Notes: generated from the sequence alone by a model not told the origin. Shown: positions 1 to 11,155, counted from the stretch's first letter. The stretch is DNA of 64,000 nt from Waterburya sp. (GCA_965217895.1 CBDCJV010000002.1:512001-576000); one strand, 5' to 3'. Numbers and translations: made by a program.

Positions 1-467
1 GCCTCTAAAAATATGATGTCTCCTGGGACTAGTTCTTCTGCATCAAGTTGTTGAGTTATCCCGTCGCGGATTACTTTTACCTGAGTCGAAGAAAGACGTT
101 TGAGTGCAGCGAGGGCTTTTTCAGCACGACTTTCTTGAACATAGCCTAAAATGCCGTTGAGAATAACAATGATAAAGATAGCGATGGAATCTTTGGGAAA
201 ATTGCCGTGACGCAGATCTAAAATTGCCGAAATTATGGCGATCGCCATCAGCATAATCAGCATAATATTAGTAAACTGATCCCATAAGATGCTCAGTTTA
301 CTTCGTCCAGCCGTCTGTTTTAGTTCATTCTTGCCAAAATACTTTTGTCTTCGATCAACTTCATCACTAGATAAGCCGCTGCTAGCATCAGCTTTAAGTA
401 ATTCAATGGCTTTTTCAAGGTTTATAGTATGCCAATCGTTAATGCTCGTCAGCGTTGATAAAGACAT
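1..467 (-). CDS. Cation-transporting P-type ATPase (P2-type), N-terminal part; runs off the window edge
   Basis: Manual translation from ATG 467: MSLSTLTSINDWHTI...GLSSDEV..R...FGKNEL...ILWDQF...ILNGILGYVQESRAEKALAALK...ELVPGDII. Confidence 0.9.
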   Translation of the reverse strand, partial: MSLSTLTSINDWHTINLEKAIELLKADASSGLSSDEVDRRQKYFGKNELKQTAGRSKLSILWDQFTNIMLIMLMAIAIISAILDLRHGNFPKDSIAIFIIVILNGILGYVQESRAEKALAALKRLSSTQVKVIRDGITQQLDAEELVPGDIIFLE

Positions 468-611
468 TTAATTTTGTCCTTAAATACTGTTGGTAGTCTT
501 CCAAATTTACCTTATAAAGCCATAAATTGTGAACCATCGCTGTAAAACATTAGAAAACTCGTCGTTTAATATGCGATCGCTGTCCTCTATATCACAACTA
601 ACCATCCACCA

Positions 612-761
612 TTAGTAATACTTTTTAGGATCTTCGCCAGGATCGCCACTGAAAGGTTGAACTCCAGTTTTGGGATAGTCATCATCTGTAGCTTTGAACA
701 GTCGGAATACTCCATCAAATAAATATTGGACTGTGTTTTGCACCCATGTAAAAATCTTCAT
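612..761 (-). CDS. atpT: 49-aa small protein, AtpTheta (Norf1)-like ATP synthase inhibitor candidate
   Basis: Not in the ORF track. MKIFTWVQNTVQYLFDGVFRLFKATDDDYPKTGVQPFSGDPGEDPKKYY; GAGGT RBS; amphipathic N-terminal helix plus DDDYPxTGVQPFxGD motif. Family assignment is from memory. Confidence 0.6.
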   Translation of the reverse strand: MKIFTWVQNTVQYLFDGVFRLFKATDDDYPKTGVQPFSGDPGEDPKKYY

Positions 762-790
762 ATCTTTTACCTCATCGATTAAATTAACGA

Positions 791-1411
791 TTATTCAGCT
801 AAAAACTCTCGGTCAAATATTTGTCTTGTGAGGGGATACTCTAAAACCAATCCTTCTCCCCCAAGGGGATAATCTTCATTCAAAGGTATTCCCTCAACTG
901 ATAAAAACACTCGTGCTTGGGGATCTATACTCGTTGCCGTATAAAGCACTTGAGCCACTCGATAAATCATTGAACTACTGCCACCTCCCTGAGTAAATTC
1001 ATGGGATAAATCGACGTGTACCCCATCTTCGCTAGTCTGTAGATCTAGTAAACGTGTACCCTGGGGAATTGTACTGGTTGGATTGAAGACGAACGCTTGG
1101 GCAAATAGCTTATCTAAAGCCTCAGTCAAAGCAGCTTGAGGCGAAGTTGCAGAAGTGTAAATAGCTTTGGGTGTCAAATGGATACGCCGATCAACTATCT
1201 CTAGCTGATAGATCTGAGGAGTAAACTTAGCTGGCTGTACCTCTTCAACTGAAGAAGATCCCGATCTTGTAACTGTGGGTAATATTACTTTGCTCAATGA
1301 CCAAATACCAGCGATTTCAGCAACTCCTATTAACAACAGTGAAAGTCCTATCAGTATCGGGGCTACATTAGATGACTTGTTGTGTAATTTGTCATGTATT
1401 TTCATTGTCAC
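791..1411 (-). CDS. GerMN-domain membrane-anchored protein
   Basis: N-terminal TM segment; STIPQGTRLL...VHVDLS.EF..GGGS.SM..RVAQV.YTATS motif. Confidence 0.8.
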   Translation of the reverse strand: MTMKIHDKLHNKSSNVAPILIGLSLLLIGVAEIAGIWSLSKVILPTVTRSGSSSVEEVQPAKFTPQIYQLEIVDRRIHLTPKAIYTSATSPQAALTEALDKLFAQAFVFNPTSTIPQGTRLLDLQTSEDGVHVDLSHEFTQGGGSSSMIYRVAQVLYTATSIDPQARVFLSVEGIPLNEDYPLGGEGLVLEYPLTRQIFDREFLAE

Positions 1412-1441
1412 CTCACCTGTGTTTACTTCCTCTTGAAACTT

Positions 1442-2795
1442 TTAGATATTGGCTGTACTGGCTATATTCACCTTGGGCATGGTTATAGTTAATACTCCCT
1501 GAACCAATTCGGCTCTGATATGATTGACCTGAATTTTACTGGTAGGGAAACGTTGCACTCAAGCTGTCCATAGTGAAGCTGAGAAGGAATCAATTCTTTT
1601 TCGGTTGATGACTTATGGTGGTCATATATAGCAGTCGAAGTATAGGTTAGGACGTTAGCTTAACAGCATAATCAACTCTCTCTCGAAAATTTTCGATACT
1701 ACCTTTTGATTTTCTTACTCTGTTTTTAATGGGAAACCAACAATGCTCTATTTTATTTAAATCAGGAGAATAAGGAGGTAAATATTGAAGTTCACAACCC
1801 GCTGATTCAACTAATTCTCTAATTCTTTCTCCTGCTTGGTGCGCGTACATGCGGAAGCGCGCCTTTGTCTTGCGCCTATCGGCAGCGCGGGGTCGCATCC
1901 GCTTTATGAAATGTGGCATTATCTAAAATGAGTCTTTGCCCTGGATTTAATCCAGGAAGTAATTTTTCTTCGAGCCATTTTTCAAATACTAAGCGATTAC
2001 AAGACCCCTCAAAAGTTAATGGTGCGAGCAATTTTCCTTGGCACAATCCACTCATAATACTCACTCTAAGACTTCTTCTTCCTGATTTTAAATCATAGAA
2101 TCTTTTTCCTTTCTCATTCCATCCATAGCCATAATCCTCTCGATTGTCCATTCCTGATTCGTCAATATAGACTCTATTTTCTGGCTTGGTTTTGCTAATC
2201 TTTAACTTGAATTTTTGTCTTTTTTCTTCATCTCTCTCTTGATAACCGTAAGTTTTTTTTTCTGGTATATCCAATTTTTTGAAGTGCTTTGCCAATGGTG
2301 CGATCGCTAATTTTTTCTGACCATTTATCCGCCATTTCTTGCTAAGTAAGACTACCGTAAGTCTTAGCGAACTTCCTAAAATTTTCTAAATCAGTAATTT
2401 TAGAATTATATCCCTGTTGATATCCAACTTCTGCTCGATAATCTCCTGTTTTCGCTCTTTTTTTCAGCCAAAGGTCAATTGTATTCCGACTGATTTTAAA
2501 AATGCGACTTACCTGAGTTTTAGCCATTCCATCATTGATCGCATTAATTACTTTTGTTCTTAAATTGTAGCTATAAGAAGCTGGCATCTTAGTCTTTCAT
2601 TTATCGTACTTCATATTTATTATGTCCTAATCCTTGCTTCGATTGCTATACTCCAGAAATTGCCACTGATTCTGATTCGGCACTGATATTCAAATCCTTA
2701 ATCTCAACTCCAGGAAGTTCTGCTTTGAGAATTAAGTCTCGGTCAGTTTCATTGAACTCGATCGCTGGACACCAAGTTTTGTCTTCTTGTCTCAT
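1442..2795 (-). pseudogene. Hsp20/alpha-crystallin small heat-shock protein, split by IS630 and frameshifted
   Basis: MRQEDKTWCPAIEFNETDRDLILKAELPGVEIKDLNIS...ISGV | IS | YDHHK...LHYGQLECNVSLPVK, then a 1-nt loss near 1535 before (I)QVNHIRAELVQGVLTITMPK; GGAGA RBS. Confidence 0.85.
1629..2648 (-). mobile_element. IS630-family insertion sequence, inactive transposase
   Basis: Imperfect TIRs TAGCAGTCGAAGTATAGGTTAGGAC / GTCCTAATCCTTGCTTCGATTGCTA; TA duplication at 1627-1628 and 2649-2650; YIDESG, ILDNATFHK and LPPYSPDLNKIE motifs; premature stop at 2342 and a 70-bp insertion at 1833-1902. Confidence 0.92.
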
Positions 2796-2871
2796 TTTCT
2801 TCTCCCGATCTGCAAGTTAGTAACGTGTAAAAACTATCTTTTTTTCTATGATTTAAGAATAGCGATCGATG

Positions 2872-2889
2872 TTGAAGAACTTGTGAGGA
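2872..2889 (-). promoter_or_regulatory. Island direct-repeat box upstream of hsp20
   Basis: TCCTCACAAGTTCTTCAA-N10-TATTCT. Confidence 0.8.
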
Positions 2890-2916
2890 TTATCTAATTA
2901 TTAGTTTATATGATGA

Positions 2917-3387
2917 TTAATTACTGCTCGATGTCTTTGGAGTACTGGTGTTATTAGGGTTTACAGACTGCTTAAAGCTATCGATCTTAACTAAGCTAGG
3001 ATCGATTTGTACAACACTAATATTCATACTGAGGACATCTTTAGCATAATAACTAACACCGCGATATTCTAGTTTGATACTAGGCTGAGAAATATAAATC
3101 CTATTTAACTCTGATTGTTTAGTCAAGATGTCATTTAAAGTGCCTGTATAGTCTCCATTTATCCTAATATTTGTCGCTCTGCTGGATTGCCAGTCTAGCT
3201 GATGGCAATTTTCAAAATATTGAACTGTATTCAATTCGCGACAAGTTTCTAAATGCTCGATTTTGTATCTACGCCAAAAGCTAAACGGATTGATGAACCT
3301 AACGTAAGTATCCGCAGCAAACAGTTGCTGGAAGTATTGACCAAAGGGAAAGCTGATTTTTACTAGTCTTTTTTCCTCTATATTCAT
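2917..3387 (-). CDS. Hypothetical protein with C-terminal L.YRGVSY (DUF4278-like) motif; paralog of 43830..44300
   Basis: Shares FP..YF.Q.F...NPF.FWR.YKIEHLE.C and YRGVSY with the paralog. Confidence 0.65.
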   Translation of the reverse strand: MNIEEKRLVKISFPFGQYFQQLFAADTYVRFINPFSFWRRYKIEHLETCRELNTVQYFENCHQLDWQSSRATNIRINGDYTGTLNDILTKQSELNRIYISQPSIKLEYRGVSYYAKDVLSMNISVVQIDPSLVKIDSFKQSVNPNNTSTPKTSSSN

Positions 3388-3433
3388 TATAAATCTCCGA
3401 TACTTGTGTATATTTTGAGATTAATTGAATAAC

Positions 3434-3451
3434 TTGAGAAACTTGTGAAGC
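3434..3451 (-). promoter_or_regulatory. Island direct-repeat box upstream of 2917..3387
   Basis: GCTTCACAAGTTTCTCAA-N10-TAATCT. Confidence 0.7.
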
Positions 3452-3455
3452 CAGG

Positions 3456-4682
3456 CTAATTGTGATTTTTAATAGCGTAAGCCTGTTGTGCAATTGCCCA
3501 ATCTTCTTGAGTATGAATTACCAACACTTTTACAGTTGAGTCAACAGCAGCAACATTCATATCGGTAGGATTAGCATTATTTTTATCTAAATTATTTTTA
3601 TCTAAATTCAACTTCAAACCTAGATAGCTCAATCCCGCACAAGTTTGTTCGCGAATTATAGCTGAATTTTCACCCACTCCCGCAGTAAAGACTAAAACAT
3701 CTAAACCATTTATACTGGCTACCATTGCGCCTATAGAACTTTTTAAGCGATGTAGATAAATATCAAGGGCTAATGATGCTCTTTTATTTCCCTCGGCGAT
3801 CGCTTCTGAAATAGCTCTTATGTCCCCAGATATTCCAGAAACTCCTTTTAAACCTGAATTTTGATTTAATATCTGACTTACCTCCTCGAAAACTAAGCTA
3901 TATTCCTGCATCATGTAGAGCGGAATCTGAGGATCGATTGAACCACAGCGAGTACCCATCATTAAGCCTTCCAGGGGAGAAAAGCCCATCGTGGTATCGA
4001 TACAGATCCCGTTATCGATCACAGCCAGAGAACAGCCATTACCTAAATGACAGGTAACAATTTTAAGAGATTCTAATGGTTTCTGAAGAATTTGAGCAGC
4101 GCGGTTAGCGCAATACTCATGGGAAATACCGTGAAAGCCATAACGCTGAATGCCCTTCTCGTAATATTCATAAGGCAAAGGATAAACTTTTGCTGCTTCA
4201 GGGAGCGTTGTATGAAACGCTGTATCAAATACAGCTACTTGAGGTACAGGTACTTCGGGCAGTATTTCTTTGATCGCATTGATGCCTTCGAGATGAGCAG
4301 GATTATGATTGGGAGCAAGGGGAATTAGATCGGCGATCGCCTTTTTAACCTCATCATCAATTGGAGTAGCCTGACTATATTTTGCCCCGCCATGCACTAC
4401 TCGATGACCTACTAAATTGATTTCCTCAAGACTCTCTAAAACTTTAGTTTCTCCCTGAACTAGAGTACTCAATAGAACGGTTAAAGCAGTATCACGCTCT
4501 TGAACTTCAATTTTCTGTTTAATACCGTTACTTTTAACAGTTAAAATACCCCCCGACTGCGCTACCGTCCAATCGAGGTGAGCCGACCATAATGGTTTTG
4601 AAGCAGTGGGGAAAGGTTCTTCAAGAATATAAAGACAGCTTTTTTGGCTGCTAGAGCCTGCGTTTAGAACTAATATGTTCAT
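3456..4682 (-). CDS. ackA: Acetate kinase
   Basis: LVLNAGSSSQK, GHRVVHGG, FDTAFH, YGFHGISH, HLGNGCS, FTAGVGENS. Confidence 0.97.
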   Translation of the reverse strand: MNILVLNAGSSSQKSCLYILEEPFPTASKPLWSAHLDWTVAQSGGILTVKSNGIKQKIEVQERDTALTVLLSTLVQGETKVLESLEEINLVGHRVVHGGAKYSQATPIDDEVKKAIADLIPLAPNHNPAHLEGINAIKEILPEVPVPQVAVFDTAFHTTLPEAAKVYPLPYEYYEKGIQRYGFHGISHEYCANRAAQILQKPLESLKIVTCHLGNGCSLAVIDNGICIDTTMGFSPLEGLMMGTRCGSIDPQIPLYMMQEYSLVFEEVSQILNQNSGLKGVSGISGDIRAISEAIAEGNKRASLALDIYLHRLKSSIGAMVASINGLDVLVFTAGVGENSAIIREQTCAGLSYLGLKLNLDKNNLDKNNANPTDMNVAAVDSTVKVLVIHTQEDWAIAQQAYAIKNHN

Positions 4683-4743
4683 TCTCAACCTTTTTCGTAA
4701 GGATTAGTAGTGTTGTCATTAGATAATCCAGAACCTACTCAAA

Positions 4744-5448
4744 TCACAAGGGAATTTTATTGATAACTTTCACTGCTGAATCAAATTCGTAGATAATGGG
4801 GACTCCCGTGGCTAGCTCCAATTTTGGCACTTCTTCAACAGATAATTTGTCTAAATCCATAATTATGGAGCGTAATGAATTACCATGAGCCACGACTAAA
4901 ACCGTTTCGCCATTTTTCAGGTGAGTAAAAATGCGATCTCTAAAGAAAGGTAAAACTCTAGCTCTAGTATCTTCTAGGCTTTCACCCCCTGGAGGTCGAG
5001 TGTTATAGGAGCGTCGCCAGAGATTGACCTGCTCTGCTCCATATTTTGCTGCTGTTTCAGTTTTGTTTAAACCCTGCAATTGCCCATAATACCGTTCATC
5101 TAAGTTTAATGTGGTAAAAATCGGCAATTCTTGAGTGCGATCGCCTTCATATTTGTCCCAATCATGCCAATTGGGATCATTAGTAAAATGTTTAATAATA
5201 GGGGTTTTGCCTCCACAAATTTCACTGCACTCAGTCAAGCAAATAATGGCTGTCTCTATTGCTCTGATTAATAAGCTGGTGAAACAAACGTCTATTCGCT
5301 CGTCGCTTTTACTCAATTTACGAGAGGCGGTAATCGCTTCAGCACGCCCTTTCTTGCTCAGAGGAACATCGACCCAACCTGTAAACCTGTTTTGGGCGTT
5401 CCAAAGGCTTTGTCCATGACGAATTAAAATTAGTCTAGCCACAATCAA
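4744..5448 (-). CDS. gpmA: 2,3-BPG-dependent phosphoglycerate mutase
   Basis: LIRHGQS.WN..NRFTGWVDV, LDERYYG.LQG, VAHGNSLR. Confidence 0.95.
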   Translation of the reverse strand: MIVARLILIRHGQSLWNAQNRFTGWVDVPLSKKGRAEAITASRKLSKSDERIDVCFTSLLIRAIETAIICLTECSEICGGKTPIIKHFTNDPNWHDWDKYEGDRTQELPIFTTLNLDERYYGQLQGLNKTETAAKYGAEQVNLWRRSYNTRPPGGESLEDTRARVLPFFRDRIFTHLKNGETVLVVAHGNSLRSIIMDLDKLSVEEVPKLELATGVPIIYEFDSAVKVINKIPL

Positions 5449-5449
5449 A

Positions 5450-7852
5450 CTATTGAGACCATTTCCAGTTAGTAATCTCTGGCTTATCCATCCCCTGTTC
5501 GTGAGCGTAAGCCAGATTGTCGATAATCTCGTTTTTCATCCGTTCTCTGACATAAACGGCTCTCGAACCAAGTTTTTCGACTCGATCTATAACATCGATG
5601 ATTAAGTTAAAGCGATCTATTTGATTTAGCATCGCTAGCTCTAAAGGCGTATTGATATTACCCTGCTCTTTATAGCCTCTGACGTGAATCCGCTCTTGAT
5701 TAGTGCGACGATAGGCTAGTTTATGAATCAACCAGGGGTAGCCGTGAAAGTTAAAGATTACTGGTTTGTCAGGAGTGAACAGAATATCAAATTCTTTGTT
5801 GGATAAGCCGTGAGGATGTTCACGTTCCGACTGCAAGCGATATAGATCGACCACGTTAATAAACCTAACTTTCAGTTCGGGAAACTCTTCGCGCAATATC
5901 GCTGTGGCTGCCAAAGATTCCATTGTCGGAATATCGCCACAGCAAGCCATAATTACGTCAGGTTCATCTGCTGCTTTTCCACAGTCATCGTTACTCGCCC
6001 AATCCCAAATACCGATACCCTTGGTACAGTGCTTTACCGCTTCATCCATTGTCAGATATTGCAGGTGATTTTGCTTGTCGGCAATGATCACGTTGACGTA
6101 ATCCTTACTCTTCAAACAGTGGTCGGCAACGGATAATAAGCAGTTAGCGTCGGGCGGGAAATAAATGCGGGTAACATCCGCACTTTTGTTTGTTACTACG
6201 TCAATAAAGCCTGGATCTTGATGGGAAAAGCCATTATGATCCTGTCGCCAGACTAAAGAAGATAGCAGCAGATTGAGAGAAGATACGGGAACGCGCCAGG
6301 GAACGTGCTTTTTACAGATTTCCAACCATTTGGCGTGCTGGTTAAACATGGAGTCGATGACGTGAATAAATGCTTCATAACTATGGATAAATCCGTGTCT
6401 GCCAGTAAGCAAATACGTCTCCAGCCAACCTTCAAGGGTATGTTCGCTCAACATCTCCATTACTCTGCCATTGGGTGATAACTGACTGCCATCTTCATCC
6501 TCTGGAAGATAGTCTGCCATCCACGCTTTCTTAGTAACTTCGTAGATATCCTGTAGGCGATTAGAAGCAGTTTCGTCGGGTCCAAAGACGCGAAAGTTGG
6601 TCATGTTGTGCTTCATCACATCTCGTAAAAACTTACCCAATACTCTGGTGTTTTCGACTTCTACCGTTCCTGGCGTTTCCATTTCTATGGCATAATCGTT
6701 AAAGTCAGGCAGCTTGAGATCTTTTCTCAAAAGTCCGCCATTAGCTACAGGATTGGCACTCATGCGTTTAATACCGACTGGAGCGAGTTCTTTGAGTTCG
6801 GGAATCAAAGTACCATGCTCGTCAAACAATTCTTCTGGTTTGTAGTCCTTCATCCACTGTTCGAGAAGCTTTACGTGTTCTGGGTTAGAGTGCATTCCTC
6901 CCATTGGTACTTGATGCGATCTCCAGAATCCTTCTACCTTGTGTCCGTCTACTTCTGCTGGTCCCGTCCAGCCTTTGGGAGTTCGTAAAATAATCATGGG
7001 CCAACGAGGTCGAAAGGCTTTATTTTGGCTACGGGCTTCCTGTTGATATTCTCTAATCTTGACAATGCACTCTTCCATGACTCCCGCCATTTTTTGGTGC
7101 ATGGTTTCGGGGTCTGAACCTTTTACTACATAGGGAGTATAGCCATAGCCTTCAAACAATTTAGTCAACTCTTCCTCACTAATACGAGCCAGAATTGTCG
7201 GGTTGGCAATTTTGTAGCCATTTAGGTTGAGGATCGGCAATACTGCCCCATCGCGGATGGGATTGAGAAATTTGTTGGAGTGCCAAGCCGTCGCCAATGG
7301 TCCTGTTTCTGCTTCCCCATCTCCTACTACACAAGCAACTATTAAATCGGGATTGTCGTAGGCTGCACCAAAGGCATGGGAAACGCTGTAGCCTAGTTCT
7401 CCTCCTTCATGAATTGAACCAGGGGTTTCAGGGGTACAGTGACTGCCGATATAACCAGGAAATGAGAATTGCTTAAAAAACTTTTGCATTCCCGATTCGT
7501 CCTGGCTTTTGTCGGGATAAACTTCGGAATAAGTTCCTTCAAGATATACGGGTCCTAGTACTCCAGGTGCGCCATGTCCTGGTCCTGCAATAAAGATAGA
7601 GTTGAGGTCGTACTTCTTAATCAGGCGATTGAGGTGAATATAGGTAAAGCTAAGTGCGGGAGAAGAACCCCAATGTCCTAACAGTCGTTGTTTGATATGT
7701 TTTGCCTGAAGGGGTTCTTTGAGTAAGGGATTATCTCGCAGATAAATCATGCCCACTGCTAGGTAGTTACAGGCACGCCAATAGGCATCTATTTTGCGAG
7801 CTTCTTCTGTGTTTAGGGCAGTCGTTGAATCTGTAGAGGGAGTAGATACCAT
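5450..7852 (-). CDS. xfp: Xylulose-5-P/fructose-6-P phosphoketolase
   Basis: [42 protein letters not shown]. Confidence 0.97.
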   Translation of the reverse strand: MVSTPSTDSTTALNTEEARKIDAYWRACNYLAVGMIYLRDNPLLKEPLQAKHIKQRLLGHWGSSPALSFTYIHLNRLIKKYDLNSIFIAGPGHGAPGVLGPVYLEGTYSEVYPDKSQDESGMQKFFKQFSFPGYIGSHCTPETPGSIHEGGELGYSVSHAFGAAYDNPDLIVACVVGDGEAETGPLATAWHSNKFLNPIRDGAVLPILNLNGYKIANPTILARISEEELTKLFEGYGYTPYVVKGSDPETMHQKMAGVMEECIVKIREYQQEARSQNKAFRPRWPMIILRTPKGWTGPAEVDGHKVEGFWRSHQVPMGGMHSNPEHVKLLEQWMKDYKPEELFDEHGTLIPELKELAPVGIKRMSANPVANGGLLRKDLKLPDFNDYAIEMETPGTVEVENTRVLGKFLRDVMKHNMTNFRVFGPDETASNRLQDIYEVTKKAWMADYLPEDEDGSQLSPNGRVMEMLSEHTLEGWLETYLLTGRHGFIHSYEAFIHVIDSMFNQHAKWLEICKKHVPWRVPVSSLNLLLSSLVWRQDHNGFSHQDPGFIDVVTNKSADVTRIYFPPDANCLLSVADHCLKSKDYVNVIIADKQNHLQYLTMDEAVKHCTKGIGIWDWASNDDCGKAADEPDVIMACCGDIPTMESLAATAILREEFPELKVRFINVVDLYRLQSEREHPHGLSNKEFDILFTPDKPVIFNFHGYPWLIHKLAYRRTNQERIHVRGYKEQGNINTPLELAMLNQIDRFNLIIDVIDRVEKLGSRAVYVRERMKNEIIDNLAYAHEQGMDKPEITNWKWSQ

Positions 7853-7907
7853 GATATTTCTATTAATGAAGGTAAAAACTAATTTGCTAGATCTCTGTAG
7901 CGCGAAA

Positions 7908-8903
7908 CTAAAAATTAAGCTGACTGAAAACTTCTTGGAGAACTTGAGCCGAATGACAAAGCTGTTTCTCTTCTCTAGGGCTTAAATCTAAATTAACAGT
8001 TTTGAGTATACCTTTTTCGCTGACTACTCTTGGTAAACCCAGACACACATTGTCAATACCGTACATTCCATCTACTAAACCGCTAACTGTAAGAACTCTT
8101 TCCTGACTGCGTAGAATCGCTTTAACGATATCGGTTACAACTAAACCGATCGCATAAGAAGTATATCCTTTGCGCTGAATAACGTCATAGGCTGCATTTT
8201 TGACGCGATCGAATATAGCAGTTAATTCTTGGCGATCGCTTTCTTTAAAATTCTCCCAATCTTGGGACAATAATTTTCGACCTGCGACATTCGCTGTACT
8301 CCAGACAGGAACTTCACTATCACCATGTTCGCCGATGATATAAGCATGAACACTACGAGCATCAATATTTAATTTACTTGCTAGCAAAGTGCGAAATCTA
8401 GAGGTATCTAATACCGTTCCCGAACCGATCACTCTAGAACTGGGAAAGTCAGAAATTTTAAGTGCTACGTAGGTCATAATGTCTACGGGATTGGTCACAA
8501 TCAATAGAATAGCGTCTGGACAATATTTGGCTACATCAGCCAAAATATTTTGATAAATAGCAATATTGCGACCTAGTAAATCGAGGCGAGTCTCGCCTGG
8601 TTTTTGCGCTGCGCCAGCCGTAATAATTACGATGTCTGCGTCTTTACCTGCATCAGCTACAGTTCCAGCTACAAGCTCAGTAGGATCGATCAAAGACATA
8701 CCATGAAGCATATCCATGACTTCTCCCTCAACTTTTTGAGTTTCAAGATCTTGCAAGACTAGCTCATCAAAGCAGTTTTGGATCAGTAAGGAATAGGCGC
8801 AGGCTAATCCAACCTGTCCTAAACCAATAATGACTCCTTTACGGGGACGAAGAATATTTGTTGATTCGGCTTCAGAATTGAGAGTAAAAATTTGGTCGAA
8901 CAT
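7908..8903 (-). CDS. ldh: L-lactate dehydrogenase
   Basis: [40 protein letters not shown]. Confidence 0.95.
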   Translation of the reverse strand: MFDQIFTLNSEAESTNILRPRKGVIIGLGQVGLACAYSLLIQNCFDELVLQDLETQKVEGEVMDMLHGMSLIDPTELVAGTVADAGKDADIVIITAGAAQKPGETRLDLLGRNIAIYQNILADVAKYCPDAILLIVTNPVDIMTYVALKISDFPSSRVIGSGTVLDTSRFRTLLASKLNIDARSVHAYIIGEHGDSEVPVWSTANVAGRKLLSQDWENFKESDRQELTAIFDRVKNAAYDVIQRKGYTSYAIGLVVTDIVKAILRSQERVLTVSGLVDGMYGIDNVCLGLPRVVSEKGILKTVNLDLSPREEKQLCHSAQVLQEVFSQLNF

Positions 8904-8933
8904 AAAGCTTGCTTGAGTATTAATCACTAACTA

Positions 8934-9296
8934 TTAACTCATAACCCATTCCAAAGCTCGATCTCTTTCGTCAAAAGTAAAATGCTTGACTTCAATGCTA
9001 TAAAACAAAGTATTACCCAGTGCTGCCAAAGCTTCTAACCATTTGCGATCGCTGACAATTGCTTCTTTTTCAAAATCATTAAGATGCTGCAAACTGAATT
9101 TTAGGTCTTTAATAAATGCACCCAATGACATTCCCGACCAATTCTTGATCTCAGCATAGATTCTTAATTTTCCCTCCTGCTTCAGTCTTGGTTCAATCAA
9201 TTTAGTTATGCGATCGATATCTTCAGTATCAATCCAGCCATCAATATCCAAGCCAATAATATGGTCTGGTTTGTGAGGAATAAGTCGAACAGTCAT
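8934..9296 (-). CDS. SpoIIAA-like (STAS/SEC14) protein
   Basis: About 120 aa, DGWID.ED...KLRIYAE...F.K.AIVSD..W...EVKHF...ALEW pattern; start taken at MTVR after a GGAG RBS. Confidence 0.8.
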   Translation of the reverse strand: MTVRLIPHKPDHIIGLDIDGWIDTEDIDRITKLIEPRLKQEGKLRIYAEIKNWSGMSLGAFIKDLKFSLQHLNDFEKEAIVSDRKWLEALAALGNTLFYSIEVKHFTFDERDRALEWVMS

Positions 9297-9327
9297 AATT
9301 AATTCTCCTATTTTTTTCAAATCAAGC

Positions 9328-9942
9328 TCATGCACAAACAGTAGTTTCAACACTTTCACTAGAAGCTGAAACTTCTGGGACAGGAGTCTGAACGATCAAA
9401 ACCGAGCAGGGAGAGTGATGCACGACATAGTTGCTAACGCTACCCAAAAACAATTCTTTCAAACCAGAATGTCCTCGTCTGCCAATAACTACAATATCGG
9501 CATGACAAGACTGGGCAAAGTCACAAATAGTTGTGCTTGGATGTCCCGTAATTTGACTAAACTCTGTCTGAACTCCTGCTGCGTTTGCGGAGCTAGAGTG
9601 GGCGGAAATGCTGCTTCGCAAGCAGCTTATTCCACGCCCGCTAGAAGACATCGCTTTTTTCATATAAGAACGCATCATCTTGATTCCTTGCTGCTTAAAC
9701 TCTGACCATTCGCGATCAAATTCTTCGTTGGCTCGACGCATAATTCTCGGATCGACATGAATACAGCGATCTTTATGATGTACAAAGTAAGGAGACATCT
9801 GCGGAGTTCCTGATTCTTCGGCACACAATACATGAAGCAGAATTAAGTTTCCTCCAACAGCTTTAGCTAAAGATAGAGCCTCTTCAAACACCTGTTTACT
9901 TACTGTCGAACGGTCAATTGCCACCAATATTTTTTTGCTCAT
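9328..9942 (-). CDS. Universal stress protein with a 22-aa in-frame insertion
   Basis: KILVAID.S, G.RG.SGLKELFLGSVSNYV.HH.PCSVL. Confidence 0.92.
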   Translation of the reverse strand: MSKKILVAIDRSTVSKQVFEEALSLAKAVGGNLILLHVLCAEESGTPQMSPYFVHHKDRCIHVDPRIMRRANEEFDREWSEFKQQGIKMMRSYMKKAMSSSGRGISCLRSSISAHSSSANAAGVQTEFSQITGHPSTTICDFAQSCHADIVVIGRRGHSGLKELFLGSVSNYVVHHSPCSVLIVQTPVPEVSASSESVETTVCA

Positions 9943-10029
9943 TTTTCAAACCTCTGTTAATAGTTAATAAGCAGCGATCGCCTCTTTCATTAGATTTTCA
10001 AAATTTGAGAGTGTGATTAAGACGCAGAA

Positions 10030-10578
10030 TTAAAATTCATTAGTAAGAAGTTCTTGTTGATCGACTGTTTTTTTTGATTCAGAAGATAATCGCTCGGACT
10101 CGGAATTTACGGAATTACGAACTATCAACACCGAGCAGGGTGCATGATGGGTTACATAGTTACTCACGCTACCAAGAAACATTTCTTTTAATCCTTTGAG
10201 TCCCCGACTACCAACCAAAATTAGATCAGCTGACCAATTACCTGCTAACTCACAGATCATCCGTCCTGGATTTCCAGTCAGTTGAGTAAATTCCGTATCT
10301 ACTCCTCTGGCTGTGGCTTCTTTAGTTAGGTCTTGAAGAAAATTTAGCCCCCATTGTCTATACTCTTTCAACTGTTTTTGGTACGCTTCGTATTCATGAT
10401 TGTCCACCATAGGAAAATAGGTATATGTGAGTAATTCTGGATAGTTCGCTTCCGTTTCGGACATGATATGAAGCAGCATTAATTCTGCATCATTAGTTTG
10501 AGCCAAAGATACAGCAGTCTTAAAAATAGATTGATTGTTTTCAAAGCGTTGTACAGCTACTAAAATTTTGTTAATCAT
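10030..10578 (-). CDS. Universal stress protein
   Basis: GSRGLKGLKEMFLGSVSNYVTHHAPCSV; tandem paralog of the next gene. Confidence 0.95.
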   Translation of the reverse strand: MINKILVAVQRFENNQSIFKTAVSLAQTNDAELMLLHIMSETEANYPELLTYTYFPMVDNHEYEAYQKQLKEYRQWGLNFLQDLTKEATARGVDTEFTQLTGNPGRMICELAGNWSADLILVGSRGLKGLKEMFLGSVSNYVTHHAPCSVLIVRNSVNSESERLSSESKKTVDQQELLTNEF

Positions 10579-10606
10579 GATGAATACCTTTTATTGAAGT
10601 TAGGAG

Positions 10607-11155
10607 TCAAGAGTCAGAGGTCAGAAGTTCTTGCTGGTTATCTGCTTTTTCTGACTCTGCCAGGGTTTGTTTGGCATCAACGTTAATTGAGGTTCGCATA
10701 ATTAAAACCGAACAGGGTGCATGATGGGTGACATAATTGCTAACGCTACCGAGAAACATTTCTTTAAGTCCCTTTAGTCCCCGACTACCGACCAAAATTA
10801 GATCGGCTGACCAATTACCTGCAAGTTCGCAAATCATGCGTCCTGGGTTTCCAGTCAGTTGAGTAAATTCCGTATCTACTCCTCTGGCTGTAGCTTCTTG
10901 GGTTAGGTTTTGCAGAAAATCTAATCCCCACTGTTTATATTTAGCCAGCTGTTTCTGATACGTATCGTATTCGCGATCGTCTTCGAGGAAATAATAAGTA
11001 TAAGTAGGCAGTATGGGATAACCTGATTCACTGCTGGAAACAACGTGAACCAGCATTAGCGATGCACCAGTAGTTTGGGCTAAAGATACTGCCGAATTAA
11101 AAATCGATTTACCGTTTTCAGAACGGTCTACGGCTACCAGAATTTTGTTAATCAT
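10607..11155 (-). CDS. Universal stress protein
   Basis: Same USP motifs; conserved C-terminal core nearly identical to 10030..10578. Confidence 0.95.
   Translation of the reverse strand: MINKILVAVDRSENGKSIFNSAVSLAQTTGASLMLVHVVSSSESGYPILPTYTYYFLEDDREYDTYQKQLAKYKQWGLDFLQNLTQEATARGVDTEFTQLTGNPGRMICELAGNWSADLILVGSRGLKGLKEMFLGSVSNYVTHHAPCSVLIMRTSINVDAKQTLAESEKADNQQELLTSDS

Noticed and set aside
515..540. Weak box-like sequences near 520, 9265, 24700 and 25296
   Set aside because: Only one half-site, or inside a CDS, and no correctly spaced -10
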